Positions 46,887 through 59,955 of a stretch of DNA of 64,000 nucleotides are shown one piece after another (position 1 is the first letter of the stretch; each line of letters opens with the position of its first letter). Position numbers and translations under genes: made by a program. The notes beneath the pieces were generated by a model. That model saw only the letters and a list, made by a program, of their open reading frames with translations, had not been told where the DNA came from and did no database searches. Source of the DNA: Novosphingobium sp. (GTDB lineage: Bacteria; Pseudomonadota; Alphaproteobacteria; Sphingomonadales; Sphingomonadaceae); the NCBI RefSeq assembly GCF_027489515.1, contig NZ_JAIXZS010000083.1:123686-187685 (forward strand), given 5' to 3'.

Positions 46887-48128
46887 ATGATGCACTTTGA
46901 CGCGATTGCCGAAAGCCTGAAGCAGGACAAGCCGGGCTTCACCCTGCCGCAGAAGCTCTACGTCAGCGAGGAGGCCTACCGGTTCGATACCGAGGTCATG
47001 CTCAAGCAGGTGTGGCTCTATGCCTGCACCGTGGCGCACGTGAAAAACCCGGGCGATCAGTTCCTGTTTGAACTGGGCGAAACGTCGGTGATCGTGGTGC
47101 GCGACAAGCAGGGCGAAATCCGCGCCTTCCACAACACCTGCACGCATCGCGGCGCCAAGCTGTGCGAGAGCGCGGGGAAGTCTGCGCGTATCACCTGCCC
47201 CTATCACCAGTGGACCTTCGCGCTCGATGGCAAGCTGCTGGCGGCGCGCAACATGCCGGAGGACTTCAACAAGGCGGAGAATGGCCTGCGGCCTGTCGCG
47301 CTCGAAAACATCGGCGGCCTGATCTTCCTGTGCCTTTCGGACAATCCGCCGCCGATCGACCGGGTGAAGGCCGATATCGAAGAGCAGATCGCGATCTTCG
47401 ACATGACCAAGCTCAAGGTGGCGGTGCAGGACGACCTGATCGAGCCCGCCAACTGGAAGCTCGTCATGGAAAACAACCGCGAGTGCTATCACTGCGACGC
47501 GGGCCATCCGGAGCTGATGAAGTCGCTTTCGACCTATGGCTTCGGCAAGGGCCTGCCGGAAGACGGCGAGGCCGATGTGGTGGATGACGCCGCATTCGAT
47601 GCTATGCTGGAAGCGCAGCGCCAGCGCTGGAAGGATCTCGGGATCTACTACGATCTGATCGAGTTTCCCGACAACTGGTGGCACCGCGTCGCGCGGTTGC
47701 CGCTGGCGAACGGCGCCGTCTCACAGACGCTTGACGGCAAGCCTGCCTCGAAGAAGCTGATCTGGCCGCATGGCGATCAGGAGCAGACCAGCCTTTCGGT
47801 CTGGACGCAGCCCAATTCGTGGCACCACTTCTGCTGCGATCACGTGGTGACGTTCTCGCTCACGCCGCTGGGCCCGGACAAGACGCTGCTGCGCACGACA
47901 TGGCTCGTGCACGAAGATGCAGTTGAAGGCGTCGACTACGACCCTGAAAACCTCGCCGCGGTGTGGCGCGCGACCAACGCGCAAGACAGCCACTTCTCGG
48001 CAATCAACCACGCCGGGATCAAGGGCGATGGCTACCGCCCGGGGATGTATTCGGTCGAGGAGAAGCTGGTGGACGCGTTCAAGGCCTTCTACGTCGAGCG
48101 CAGCCGCGCCGCTCTGGGGATCGACTGA
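46887..48128 (+). CDS. gbcA: Rieske non-heme iron oxygenase alpha subunit, glycine-betaine (or proline-betaine) demethylase type
   Basis: Rieske CTH...CPYH, mononuclear iron WKLVMENNRECYHCDAGHPE, distal QD. GbcA/Stc2-like clade by motif and context. Confidence 0.72.
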   Translation: MMHFDAIAESLKQDKPGFTLPQKLYVSEEAYRFDTEVMLKQVWLYACTVAHVKNPGDQFLFELGETSVIVVRDKQGEIRAFHNTCTHRGAKLCESAGKSARITCPYHQWTFALDGKLLAARNMPEDFNKAENGLRPVALENIGGLIFLCLSDNPPPIDRVKADIEEQIAIFDMTKLKVAVQDDLIEPANWKLVMENNRECYHCDAGHPELMKSLSTYGFGKGLPEDGEADVVDDAAFDAMLEAQRQRWKDLGIYYDLIEFPDNWWHRVARLPLANGAVSQTLDGKPASKKLIWPHGDQEQTSLSVWTQPNSWHHFCCDHVVTFSLTPLGPDKTLLRTTWLVHEDAVEGVDYDPENLAAVWRATNAQDSHFSAINHAGIKGDGYRPGMYSVEEKLVDAFKAFYVERSRAALGID

Positions 48129-48130
48129 CG

Positions 48131-49384
48131 ATGAAGCGGTTTTCCGGTTTCAACCTGATCGGCGAGGCGTTCCGCAGCCATCAGGGCTGGCCCGAGCACT
48201 GGCCCGACAAGGCCCCCAAGGCGAGCTACGATGCGATCATCGTCGGCGCGGGCGGGCACGGGCTTGGCGCGGCTTATTACCTCGCCAAGAAGTACGGCAT
48301 CACCAATGTCGCGGTGATCGAGAAGGGCTGGCTGGGCGGCGGGAACACCGGGCGCAACACCACGATCATCCGCTCGAACTACCTCTACGACGAGAGCGCG
48401 CACCTCTACGATCACGCGGTGAAGCTGTGGGACGGGCTGAGCCAGGAACTCAACTACAACATCATGTATTCGAAGCGCGGCGTGCTGATGCTCGCGCACA
48501 ATGTGCATGATGTGCAGAGCTTCAAGCGGCACATCCACGCCAACCGGCTCAACGGCGTCGACAACGAATGGCTGACGCCGGAAGAGTGCAAGGCCTATTG
48601 CCCGCCGCTCGATATTTCGCCGCGCACCCGCCATCCGGTGCTGGGCGGCGCGCTGCAGCGGCGCGGCGGCACGGCGCGGCATGACAGCGTGGCCTGGGGT
48701 TATGCCCGTGCAGCCTCGGCGCTGGGCGTGGACATCATCCAGAACTGCGCGGTGACGGGCATCCGGCGCGGCGCAGACGGGGCGATCGAGGGCGTCGAGA
48801 CCGAGCGCGGCTTTATTGCCTCACGCCGGGTCGGCGTTTCGGCGGCGGGCAGCACCTCGCTCGTGATGAAGATGGCCGGCCTCGATTTTCCGCTCGAAAG
48901 CTATCCGCTGCAGGCGCTGGTTTCGGAGCCGGTCAAGCCGATCTTCCCTTGCGTCGTCATGTCGAACACCGTCCATGCCTACATGAGCCAGTCCGACAAG
49001 GGCGAGCTGGTGATCGGCGCGGGCACCGACCAGTACACCAGTTATTCGCAGCGCGGCGCGTTCCACATCGTCGAGCATACGCTGGCGGCGATCTGCGAGA
49101 TCTTCCCGATCTTCACGCGCATGCGGATGCTGCGCACGTGGGGCGGCATCGTCGATGTGACGCCGGACCGCTCGCCGATCCTCGGCAAGACGCCGGTCAA
49201 GGGGCTCTACGTGAACTGCGGGTGGGGCACCGGCGGCTTCAAGGCGACGCCGGGTGCGGGCGACCTCCTCGCCTACACCATGGCGCACGACGAGCCGCAC
49301 AAGATCAACGCGCCCTACAATCTCGACCGGTTCCGCAATGGCCGGCTGATCGACGAGGCGGCTGCGGCCGCCGTCGCGCACTGA
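48131..49384 (+). CDS. soxB: Sarcosine oxidase beta subunit
   Basis: ATG 48131. GAGGHG, GNTGRNTTIIRSNY, ARHDSVAWGY, WGTGGFKATPG, DEAAAAAVAH. Confidence 0.95.
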   Translation: MKRFSGFNLIGEAFRSHQGWPEHWPDKAPKASYDAIIVGAGGHGLGAAYYLAKKYGITNVAVIEKGWLGGGNTGRNTTIIRSNYLYDESAHLYDHAVKLWDGLSQELNYNIMYSKRGVLMLAHNVHDVQSFKRHIHANRLNGVDNEWLTPEECKAYCPPLDISPRTRHPVLGGALQRRGGTARHDSVAWGYARAASALGVDIIQNCAVTGIRRGADGAIEGVETERGFIASRRVGVSAAGSTSLVMKMAGLDFPLESYPLQALVSEPVKPIFPCVVMSNTVHAYMSQSDKGELVIGAGTDQYTSYSQRGAFHIVEHTLAAICEIFPIFTRMRMLRTWGGIVDVTPDRSPILGKTPVKGLYVNCGWGTGGFKATPGAGDLLAYTMAHDEPHKINAPYNLDRFRNGRLIDEAAAAAVAH

Positions 49385-49394
49385 GGCACACGAC

Positions 49395-49667
49395 ATGCTG
49401 CTGATTCACTGCCCCTATTGCGAAGAGGCGCGGCCCGAGGTCGAGTTCGCCTATGGCGGCGAAGCGCATATTGCGCGGCCCGTCGATCCTTCGACCTACT
49501 CTGACGAGCAGTGGGAGGAATTCCTCTACATCCGCAGCAATCCGCGCGGGCGGCACCATGAGCGGTGGCGCCATTCGCATGGCTGCGGGCGCTTCTTCAA
49601 CGCGGTGCGCGATACGGTGACGGACGTTTTCGAGACAACTTATAAGGCCGGGGAGGCCCGCAAGTGA
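49395..49667 (+). CDS. soxD: Sarcosine oxidase delta subunit
   Basis: MLLIHCPYC, EFAYGGEAH, ERWRHSHGCGRFFNAVRDT. Confidence 0.95.
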   Translation: MLLIHCPYCEEARPEVEFAYGGEAHIARPVDPSTYSDEQWEEFLYIRSNPRGRHHERWRHSHGCGRFFNAVRDTVTDVFETTYKAGEARK

Positions 49668-52528
49668 CCGGTTTTCGTCTGGCAGACGGCGGGCGGATCG
49701 ACCGCCGCACGAAGCGCAACTTCACGTTCGATGGCAAGGCGCGCTGGGGCTATGCCGGAGACAGCCTTGCCTCCGCGCTGCTGGCGCAAGGGCAGATGCT
49801 GTTCGGGCGCTCGTTCAAGTATCACCGGCCGCGCGGTATCCTCGGTGCTGGCGTGGAAGAGCCCAATGCGCTGGTGACGGTGGACCGCGGCCCGGGCCGG
49901 GTCACGCCGAACCTGCGCGCGCCTTCGGTTGCGATCCACGACGGGCTCAAGGCTGTGAGCCAGAACCGTTTCCCGACGCTCAAGACCGATCTGATCGCGG
50001 TCAACAACGTGCTGTCTGCATTCTTCCCGGCGGGCTTCTACAACAAGACCTTCATGTGGCCGCGCGCCGCGTGGGAGAAGGTCTACGAGCCGATCATCCG
50101 GCGGCTTGCGGGGCTGGGCGACAGCCCGACGACGCGCGATCCCGATCATTACGATGCGACGTACGCGCACTGCGAGACACTGGTGGTGGGTGCTGGGCCT
50201 GCGGGCATTGCTGCGGCGCTGGAAGCAGCGGCGACCGGCGGCCGCGTGATCCTGATCGACGAGCAGGAAGAAATCGGCGGCGGCGCGCTCAGCGATCCGG
50301 CGCAGTGGGCGTGGCTGGCGGAAGCGAGCGCGAAGCTGGCGGCGATGGACAACGTGACCGTCCTCTCACGCACGACGGCCATTGGCCACTATCACCAGAA
50401 CTTCGTCGTCGCGGCCGAGCGGCTGACCGACCATCTGGCGGTGAACGAGGCCGAAGGGCCGCGCGAGAAGCTTTGGCGCATCCGGGCGGGCGAAGTCGTG
50501 CTGGCGATGGGCGCCATCGAACGCCCGCTGGTGTTTGAAGGCAACGATGTGCCCGGCGTGATGCTGGCGAGCGCGGCGAAGACTTTCGCGCTGCGCTATG
50601 GCGTAGCGGTGGGCCGCAAGGTCGTCGTCATGGCGGTGCATGACAGCGGTTGGCGCGATGCGCTGGCGCTGCACAAGGCAGGCGTCAACATCGCTGCGAT
50701 TGTCGATCTGCGGCGCGATGTTGCCTCCGACCTGATCGAAGGCGCACGGGATGCGCGGATCGCCTGCTATCAGGGCTATGCGGTGACAAGCATTTCCGGC
50801 GGGCAGGCAGTGAAGGGCGTGACCATCGCGCTGGCAGGCTTCGGCAAGGGGCAGCAGCTCGATTGCGACGCCGTGCTGATGGCTGGTGGCTGGACGCCGA
50901 CGGTGCATCTGTGGAGCCATGCCAAGGGCACGCTGCGCTGGGACGAGGCCTGGGGCGCGTTCGTGCCCGACAAGACGCATGAGAACCTGCGCTGCGTCGG
51001 TGCTTGCGCGGGTGCGTGGAGCTTCGGCAAGGGCCTTCCGGGCGGGCTGTTGCCTGCGCCCAAGCCGCTGCATGAAAGCAAGGCTTTCGTCGATTTCCAG
51101 AACGACGTGAAGGCGCGTGATATCGGCCTGGCGGTGCAGGAAGGCTTTCGCTCGATCGAGCATATCAAGCGTTACACCACCAATGGCATGGCGACCGATC
51201 AGGGCAAGACTTCGAACCTCAATGGCCTCCAGATCGCCTCAGGCGTGCTGCACCGCCCGGTGACCGAGATCGGCCTTACCACGTTCCGCCCGCCCTATAC
51301 GCCGCAAAGCTTTGGCGCGATCCTTGGCCACCACAAGGAAGCGCTGTTTCAGCCGCTGCGCAAGACGGTGATCGATGATTGGGCTGCGAGCCATGGCGCG
51401 GTCTACGAGAACGTCGCACAGTGGCGCCGTGCGCGTTTCTTCCCGCAAGGCTCCGAGGACATGGACGCGGCGGTGGCGCGGGAGTGCCGCACGGTGCGTT
51501 CGGCTGTGGGCGTGTTCGATGCCTCCACGCTCGGCAAGATCGAAGTGGTGGGGTCCGATGCGGCGGAGTTCCTCAACCGCATGTACACGAACCCGTGGAA
51601 ATCGCTGGAGCCGGGCCGCTGCCGCTATGGTCTGCTGCTGGGCGAGCATGGGTTCATCATCGACGACGGCGTTTCGGCGCGGCTTGCGCCCGACCGGTTC
51701 CACTTGACGACCACGACCGGTGGCGCGGCGCGCGTGCTGAACATGATGGAGGACTACCTCCAGACCGAGTGGTCGGACCTCGACGTCTGGCTCACCAGCA
51801 CGACCGAGCAGTGGGCAGTGATCGCGGTGCAGGGGCCCAAGGCCCGCCGCGTGATCGAGCCGCTGATGGAAGGCATCGACCTTTCGCCGGAAGCCTTCCC
51901 GCACATGGCGGTTCGGGAAGGCCGGATCTGCGGCGTGGAGACGCGGCTGTTCCGCGTGAGCTTCACCGGCGAACTCGGCTTTGAAGTCAACGTGCCGGCC
52001 GAACATGGGCGCATGGTGTGGGAAGCGATCTGGGCCGAAGGCCAGAAGCACGGCGCGGTCGCCTATGGCACCGAGACGATGCACGTACTGCGCGCGGAGA
52101 AGGGCTTCATCATCGTCGGGCAGGATACCGACGGGACGATCACGCCGGACGATGCGGGGCTTGGCTGGGCCGTCGGCAAGAAGAAGCCAGATTTCGTCGG
52201 CAAGCGCTCGCTGGCGCGGCCCGACATCGTGGCGCCGGGCCGCAAGCAGCTGGTCGGCCTGCTCACCGATGATCCGCAGGCCGTGCTGGAGGAGGGCGCG
52301 CAGATCGTCGCCGATCCGAACCAGCCGGTGCCGATGACGATGCTGGGGCACGTGACGTCTTCGTACCACAGCGCGACGCTGGGCCGCTCGATCGCGATGG
52401 CGCTGGTGGCGGGCGGACGTGACCGGATGGGCGAGACGCTGCACATTCCGATGCCCGCGGGGACGATCAGCGCCAAGGTGGTCGCACCGATGTTCTATGA
52501 TCCGGAAGGGAGCCGCCTGAATGGTTGA
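49664..52528 (+). CDS. soxA: Sarcosine oxidase alpha subunit
   Basis: GDSLASALLA, RSFKYHRPRG, GFYNKTFMWP, KRYTTNGMATDQGKTSN, GcvT-like C-terminal half. Confidence 0.95.
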   Translation: MTGFRLADGGRIDRRTKRNFTFDGKARWGYAGDSLASALLAQGQMLFGRSFKYHRPRGILGAGVEEPNALVTVDRGPGRVTPNLRAPSVAIHDGLKAVSQNRFPTLKTDLIAVNNVLSAFFPAGFYNKTFMWPRAAWEKVYEPIIRRLAGLGDSPTTRDPDHYDATYAHCETLVVGAGPAGIAAALEAAATGGRVILIDEQEEIGGGALSDPAQWAWLAEASAKLAAMDNVTVLSRTTAIGHYHQNFVVAAERLTDHLAVNEAEGPREKLWRIRAGEVVLAMGAIERPLVFEGNDVPGVMLASAAKTFALRYGVAVGRKVVVMAVHDSGWRDALALHKAGVNIAAIVDLRRDVASDLIEGARDARIACYQGYAVTSISGGQAVKGVTIALAGFGKGQQLDCDAVLMAGGWTPTVHLWSHAKGTLRWDEAWGAFVPDKTHENLRCVGACAGAWSFGKGLPGGLLPAPKPLHESKAFVDFQNDVKARDIGLAVQEGFRSIEHIKRYTTNGMATDQGKTSNLNGLQIASGVLHRPVTEIGLTTFRPPYTPQSFGAILGHHKEALFQPLRKTVIDDWAASHGAVYENVAQWRRARFFPQGSEDMDAAVARECRTVRSAVGVFDASTLGKIEVVGSDAAEFLNRMYTNPWKSLEPGRCRYGLLLGEHGFIIDDGVSARLAPDRFHLTTTTGGAARVLNMMEDYLQTEWSDLDVWLTSTTEQWAVIAVQGPKARRVIEPLMEGIDLSPEAFPHMAVREGRICGVETRLFRVSFTGELGFEVNVPAEHGRMVWEAIWAEGQKHGAVAYGTETMHVLRAEKGFIIVGQDTDGTITPDDAGLGWAVGKKKPDFVGKRSLARPDIVAPGRKQLVGLLTDDPQAVLEEGAQIVADPNQPVPMTMLGHVTSSYHSATLGRSIAMALVAGGRDRMGETLHIPMPAGTISAKVVAPMFYDPEGSRLNG

Positions 52529-53048
52529 GATCGCAGAGATCGCGGTTTCGGCGGCGGAGCTGAAGCTGGGCACCGAGCCGGTGCAGGGTGATGGCGTTCG
52601 CCTTTCGCATGCTGACCCCAAGGCGCGCTATTCGCTGCGGGCGCGCGATGCCAAGGTTCTGGCCGCGGTGATCGGGCGCGCATTGCCAGGGAAGATCGGC
52701 GATACCGATGGCGGGATTGCCTGCCTTGGTCCAGACGAATGGTATGCGTTGCTGCCCGCGGGGACCGACCTGCCGCGCGTTGAGGGCTTGCCGGCGAGCG
52801 TGGTCGACGTTTCCTCGCGCGCGCTGGGACTGGTGCTTGAAGGGCCGGGGGCGCTCGCGGTGCTATCCAGCGGCTGCCCGCTCGATCTGGCGAAGATGGG
52901 CGTGGGCCGCGCGACGCGGACGGTGTTTGAGACGGTGGAGATCGTGGTCTGGCGCGAGGCAGAGGATCGCTGGCACGTGGAAGTCTGGCGCAGCTTTGCG
53001 ACCTGGCTGTGGAACGCGTTCCTAGCCGTGATGCCGCACGCGAAATGA
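52521..53048 (+). CDS. soxG: Sarcosine oxidase gamma subunit
   Basis: LGPDEW, VDVSSR, GCPLDL, EVWRSFATWLW. Confidence 0.88.
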   Translation: MVEIAEIAVSAAELKLGTEPVQGDGVRLSHADPKARYSLRARDAKVLAAVIGRALPGKIGDTDGGIACLGPDEWYALLPAGTDLPRVEGLPASVVDVSSRALGLVLEGPGALAVLSSGCPLDLAKMGVGRATRTVFETVEIVVWREAEDRWHVEVWRSFATWLWNAFLAVMPHAK

Positions 53049-53550
53049 GCGAGGCGGCGCTCAAGGATGCCCTCGCGGCGCTGGGGATCGATTGGTCGAT
53101 CCTCGAGCATGAGGCGGTCTATACCGTCGAGGAAAGCCTTGCGATCCACGATGCGCTGCCTGGTGCGCATACCAAGAACCTGTTCCTCAAGGACAGCGGC
53201 GGGCAGTTCTGGCTGGTGACGGTGGAGCATTCGCGCCGCGTTGACCTCAAGGCGCTGGCCGGCGCGATCGGCGCGAAGAAGCTGAGCTTCGGCAAGGCCG
53301 AGGACATGGAGCGGCTGCTGGGGGTGACACCGGGTTCGGTGACCCCGCTGGCCGCGATCAACGATACGGGCGGCGCGGTGCGCGTGGTGCTCGATCCCGA
53401 ACTTGCGGCGGCGGATGCGGTGCACGTCCATCCCTTGCGCAATACTGCGACGGTGGGCTTGCCGGGCGCGGATCTGGTGCGCGCGCTGGCGGCGTGGGGG
53501 CATGACCCGCTGATCGTGACGATCCCCGAGCGCATGGTCGCCGACCCGGC

Positions 53551-53554
<4 letters not shown>
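53045..53554 (+). CDS. ProXp-ala/PrdX-like (YbaK/INS superfamily) aminoacyl-tRNA deacylase
   Basis: ATG 53045. [44 protein letters not shown] overlaps with both soxG and sdaA. Confidence 0.85.
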
Positions 53555-54927
<1,373 letters not shown>

Positions 54928-54930
54928 AGG

Positions 54931-54957
54931 CATAAATAGGGACTGTCCCTATTTATG
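54931..54957. repeat. Perfect 27-bp palindrome CATAAATAGGGAC-T-GTCCCTATTTATG
   Basis: 13-bp arms with a 1-nt spacer, 3 bp after the sdaA stop. AT-rich relative to its surroundings. Confidence 0.7.
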
Positions 54958-55038
54958 GAGGGCAGGCACATGCTCGTCGACAGCGCTTGCACCCCTTGAT
55001 ACGATCTAGGACAAGTGTTCGGGGTTGGGGGTATCGAC

Positions 55039-56817
55039 ATGGCGGTTTCGCGTTTCGGCAAGTGGCTGCAGGGTGGGTTTGTGGCGGCGGCGCTGGCGCT
55101 TCCGGCGGGGCAGGCCTTGGCCAAGGAAGCGGTCGATCTGATCCTCCACAAGGGCCAGGTGATCACCGTCGACCGCGCGTTTACGCTCAAGACAGCGGTG
55201 GCAGTGAAGGGCGAGCGCATCGTTGCGGTGGGCGGCGAGGAGCTGCTGAATGCCTATTCCGCGCCCAAGGTGATCGACCTTGGCGGCAAGACGTTGATGC
55301 CGGGCTTTACCGATACGCACCTCCATCCCAAGCCCGTCTCGCCCAATGATATCGCGGTGCAGGATGCGAAGAGCATCACCGAAGTTCAGGCGATGCTGCG
55401 GGCCAAGGCAAAGGAGCTGGGGCCGGGCAAGTGGATCACCGGCTATGGCTGGCAGGAATCGAACTTTGCCGAGAAGCGCAATCTGAGCCGCGCCGATCTC
55501 GATGCGGCGGCGCCCAACAACCCGGTCGCGCTGCTGCGCGCGGGATCGCATTCGGCGGCGTACAATACGGCAGCATTCAAGATCGCCAAGGTAGACAAGT
55601 CGACGCCTGAGCCTGCGACTGGCCTGATCGAGCGCGGGCCGGACGGCGAGCCGAGCGGGATCATCCGTGAGCGCATGGATGTGGTCTCGAAGTTCATTCC
55701 CGATCCAGGCTGGGAAGCGATGCGTGGCCCCACGATCACCTGGCTCAAGCAGATGCTCGCACTCGGCATCACCAGCTTCCATGATGCCAGCGGCACGATC
55801 GATGACGAGCCGGTGGACAAGGGCGGCACGGACTCGAAGGACCTGGATCCGCTGTGGGGCGCGTCCAACATGACATGGACGCGCGCGCGCGAGATCTACG
55901 CCAAGATGGGCAACGAGCTGCCGCGCATCACGATGTACATCATCCATCCCGGCGCAGAGCGACTGAAGGCATTTCCCTATCACACCGGCTATGGCGACAA
56001 CCAACTGCGGCTCGGCGCAATCGGCGAGAATGCGGTCGATGGCGGCTTCACCGGGCCGACCGCGTGGCTGCTGGCCGACTACAAGGGCCAACCCGGTTTT
56101 CGCGGCAAGGGACGCTTTACCGATGCCGAGTTGCAGGAACTGGTCGACAGCGCGGCCAAGCTCGGCTGGCAGATGGGCATCCATGCCATCGGCGATGCGG
56201 CCATCGTGCAGGCAGTGAAGGCTTATCACAACGCGCTGACGACAATCCCCGATTCCGCCCTTGCATCGAATGACCGGCGCTGGTTCCTTGATCACTTCAC
56301 GATCATGCCGCCCGACGCGACCATGGCGACGATGGCGCAGGATCACGTGATGATCTCGCAGCAGCCCAACTTCCTCTACAATCTCGATGACCGCTATGCC
56401 GCGCTGCTCGATGACTGGCGGCTCGCGCACAACAATGCCGTGGTGACGCCGGTCAAGAAGTTCGGCCTATTCATGGCCTTTGCCAGCGACAACCTGCCGA
56501 TCGGGCCGCTGGTGGGGCTCTATGCCGCGGTAACCCGCAAGGGGCCGAGCGGGGCGGTGCGCGGGCCGGAGGAAGCCGTCACCCGGCAGGAAGCGATCCG
56601 CATGTATACGGCGAACGGGCCGTACCTTTCGTGGGAGGAAAACGAGAAAGGCACGCTGGAGCCGGGCAAGCTGGCCGACATGATCGTCCTGCCGTTCGAT
56701 CCGCTGACCGCGCCGATGGAGACGTTCCTCACTGGTGCGGTCGACATGACTTTTCTTGGCGGGAAGCTGGTCTACCAGCGTCCCGGTAGTGGCAAAAAAG
56801 CCGCACTCGCCAAGTAA
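55039..56817 (+). CDS. Secreted amidohydrolase-3 family metal-dependent hydrolase (YtcJ/NfdA-like)
   Basis: Signal peptide, GFTDTHLH, GIHAIGD, LDH, FASD, GTLEPGKLADMIVL. ATG 55039. Confidence 0.85.
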   Translation: MAVSRFGKWLQGGFVAAALALPAGQALAKEAVDLILHKGQVITVDRAFTLKTAVAVKGERIVAVGGEELLNAYSAPKVIDLGGKTLMPGFTDTHLHPKPVSPNDIAVQDAKSITEVQAMLRAKAKELGPGKWITGYGWQESNFAEKRNLSRADLDAAAPNNPVALLRAGSHSAAYNTAAFKIAKVDKSTPEPATGLIERGPDGEPSGIIRERMDVVSKFIPDPGWEAMRGPTITWLKQMLALGITSFHDASGTIDDEPVDKGGTDSKDLDPLWGASNMTWTRAREIYAKMGNELPRITMYIIHPGAERLKAFPYHTGYGDNQLRLGAIGENAVDGGFTGPTAWLLADYKGQPGFRGKGRFTDAELQELVDSAAKLGWQMGIHAIGDAAIVQAVKAYHNALTTIPDSALASNDRRWFLDHFTIMPPDATMATMAQDHVMISQQPNFLYNLDDRYAALLDDWRLAHNNAVVTPVKKFGLFMAFASDNLPIGPLVGLYAAVTRKGPSGAVRGPEEAVTRQEAIRMYTANGPYLSWEENEKGTLEPGKLADMIVLPFDPLTAPMETFLTGAVDMTFLGGKLVYQRPGSGKKAALAK

Positions 56818-56950
56818 TGGCCTGTGGATAAGGCTGGGGAAGCCGGCAATATTGCAGTAATGGGGCAATTCCCGCGAATTGCCATCGATCTGACTCCGTA
56901 TCGCGCCAATGCGCGGCCGAAACCCATGGGCTTCGGAAAGCATTACGGCG

Positions 56951-57766
56951 ATGATCGGCAAGCTTCTGCGCAGCGGTTTGATGGCGATGCTGCACCTCGC
57001 CTCGAGTCTTTCGGTCGCGACTGTGCCCGGATTGTCTGGCACCGGACTGGAGCATGCGAGATTGATCGGTGCCCTGCAGCTGCAGGGCGAGGTCTTCCAT
57101 GTTCAGGGTCTGGCACTCGACCCGGCCCATGTCTGGATCACCTCGGTCGACCATGAGCGGCACCGGGCATTCCTCCATGTGTTCGACCGCGCGAGCGGCC
57201 AGTTCCTGCGGCGGATCGAGCTCACCGACGGAGCGCGCTACCATCCCGGCGGGCTCTCGCTGGTTGGGGGATCGCTGTGGGTGCCGGTGGCCGAACTGCG
57301 GCCGGACAGCTCTGCGGTGCTGCTGGAAATCGATGCTGTGACGCTTTCGGTTCGCCGCCGGATTGCGGTCGCGGATCATATCGGCTGCGTGGCGGCAGAG
57401 GGCACACGTCTTGTGGCCGGCAATTGGGACAGCCGGATGCTCTACGAGTTCGATCTGGCGCGTGGCGACAAGCCGGTGCGCGTGGTCCCGAACCCTTCGG
57501 CAACGCACTTTCAGGACATGAAGTTCGCCGGCGGAAAGCTGGTTGCGGGCGGTAATGTCGGTTGGCTCGACGGCACGGTCGACTGGATCGATCCGGCAAA
57601 GATGCGCGTTACCCGCTCGCTCAAGGCCGGTTTCATCGGCACGGTGCGCCCGTTCGGTCGCGGTGGGCCGATCACCGGCGAAGGCATGGCGATCGAGGGC
57701 CGCGAGCTCTATGTCCTGCCCGAGGACGGCCCGAGCCGGGTGTTTCAATTCCGCCTCGACGCCTGA
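56951..57766 (+). CDS. DUF6454-like secreted hypothetical protein (probable beta-propeller)
   Basis: FHVQG, YHPGG, LWVPVAE, DHIG, FQD motifs and an N-terminal signal-like stretch. Family assignment from memory. Confidence 0.55.
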   Translation: MIGKLLRSGLMAMLHLASSLSVATVPGLSGTGLEHARLIGALQLQGEVFHVQGLALDPAHVWITSVDHERHRAFLHVFDRASGQFLRRIELTDGARYHPGGLSLVGGSLWVPVAELRPDSSAVLLEIDAVTLSVRRRIAVADHIGCVAAEGTRLVAGNWDSRMLYEFDLARGDKPVRVVPNPSATHFQDMKFAGGKLVAGGNVGWLDGTVDWIDPAKMRVTRSLKAGFIGTVRPFGRGGPITGEGMAIEGRELYVLPEDGPSRVFQFRLDA

Positions 57767-57889
57767 GGACCTTGGGGCTGATCGCCTCCCGATATCAAAA
57801 TTCTATGGGCTGCATGCAAACGGCGCTTCCGGAGCGCGCGCCGCTTGGATAGGCAGGGGCAAACGGCGCAAGGCCACGAGAGGAGACCC

Positions 57890-59370
<1,481 letters not shown>

Positions 59371-59374
<4 letters not shown>

Positions 59375-59955
59375 AGCAGCGCTGCGGCGCGGACGAGGTC
59401 TTCGGGTCGGTCCACATCGAGCGCGAGCGCGGGATCGAGCGGAACGACAGGCGCGCCCTTGAGCCGGCCTGCGCCGCCGCGATCGCCATCGAGTGCGGTG
59501 AGGGCGGCATAGTGGGCCGCGCCGAACAGGGCGGGCGGCATGGTCACGCCATCCGCTTCGGTGGCTATGCGGTCTCCATCGAACTGGGTGACGAGCGCGT
59601 GGATGTGGGCTGGCGGGACCAGCGGCATGTCTGCCAGCGCCACCAGCACGCCGCGCGGCCCCGCCGCCTGCGCAGCGGCGATCCCCAGCGCGAGGGAGCG
59701 GGCCTGCGGAGCGCCGGGCGGTGTCAGCGGCACGCAAGTGTAGCCGAGGTCGGAAAGGTCGGGCACATGAGGTCCGATCACCGCATAGCGCGCGGCGAAG
59801 GGCAGGGCCGCCAGCATCTGTGCCGCGTGAAGCGCGAGTGGCTTGCCGCCAAGCGGCGCGATCAGCTTTGGGCCACCGAAGCGCACGGACTGCCCGCCAG
59901 CGAGCAGAACCAGCGCGATGCCGGTGTAGTCCGTCTCAGTTGCGGGTGGGGACAT
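59371..59955 (-). CDS. mocA: MocA-like nucleotidyltransferase (molybdenum cofactor cytidylyltransferase)
   Basis: [37 protein letters not shown]. Adjacent to xdhC. ATG 59955. Confidence 0.75.

Noticed and set aside
56823-56831. Perfect DnaA box TGTGGATAA
   Set aside because: A single box with no cluster, AT-rich unwinding element or origin-linked genes. Compatible with chance.
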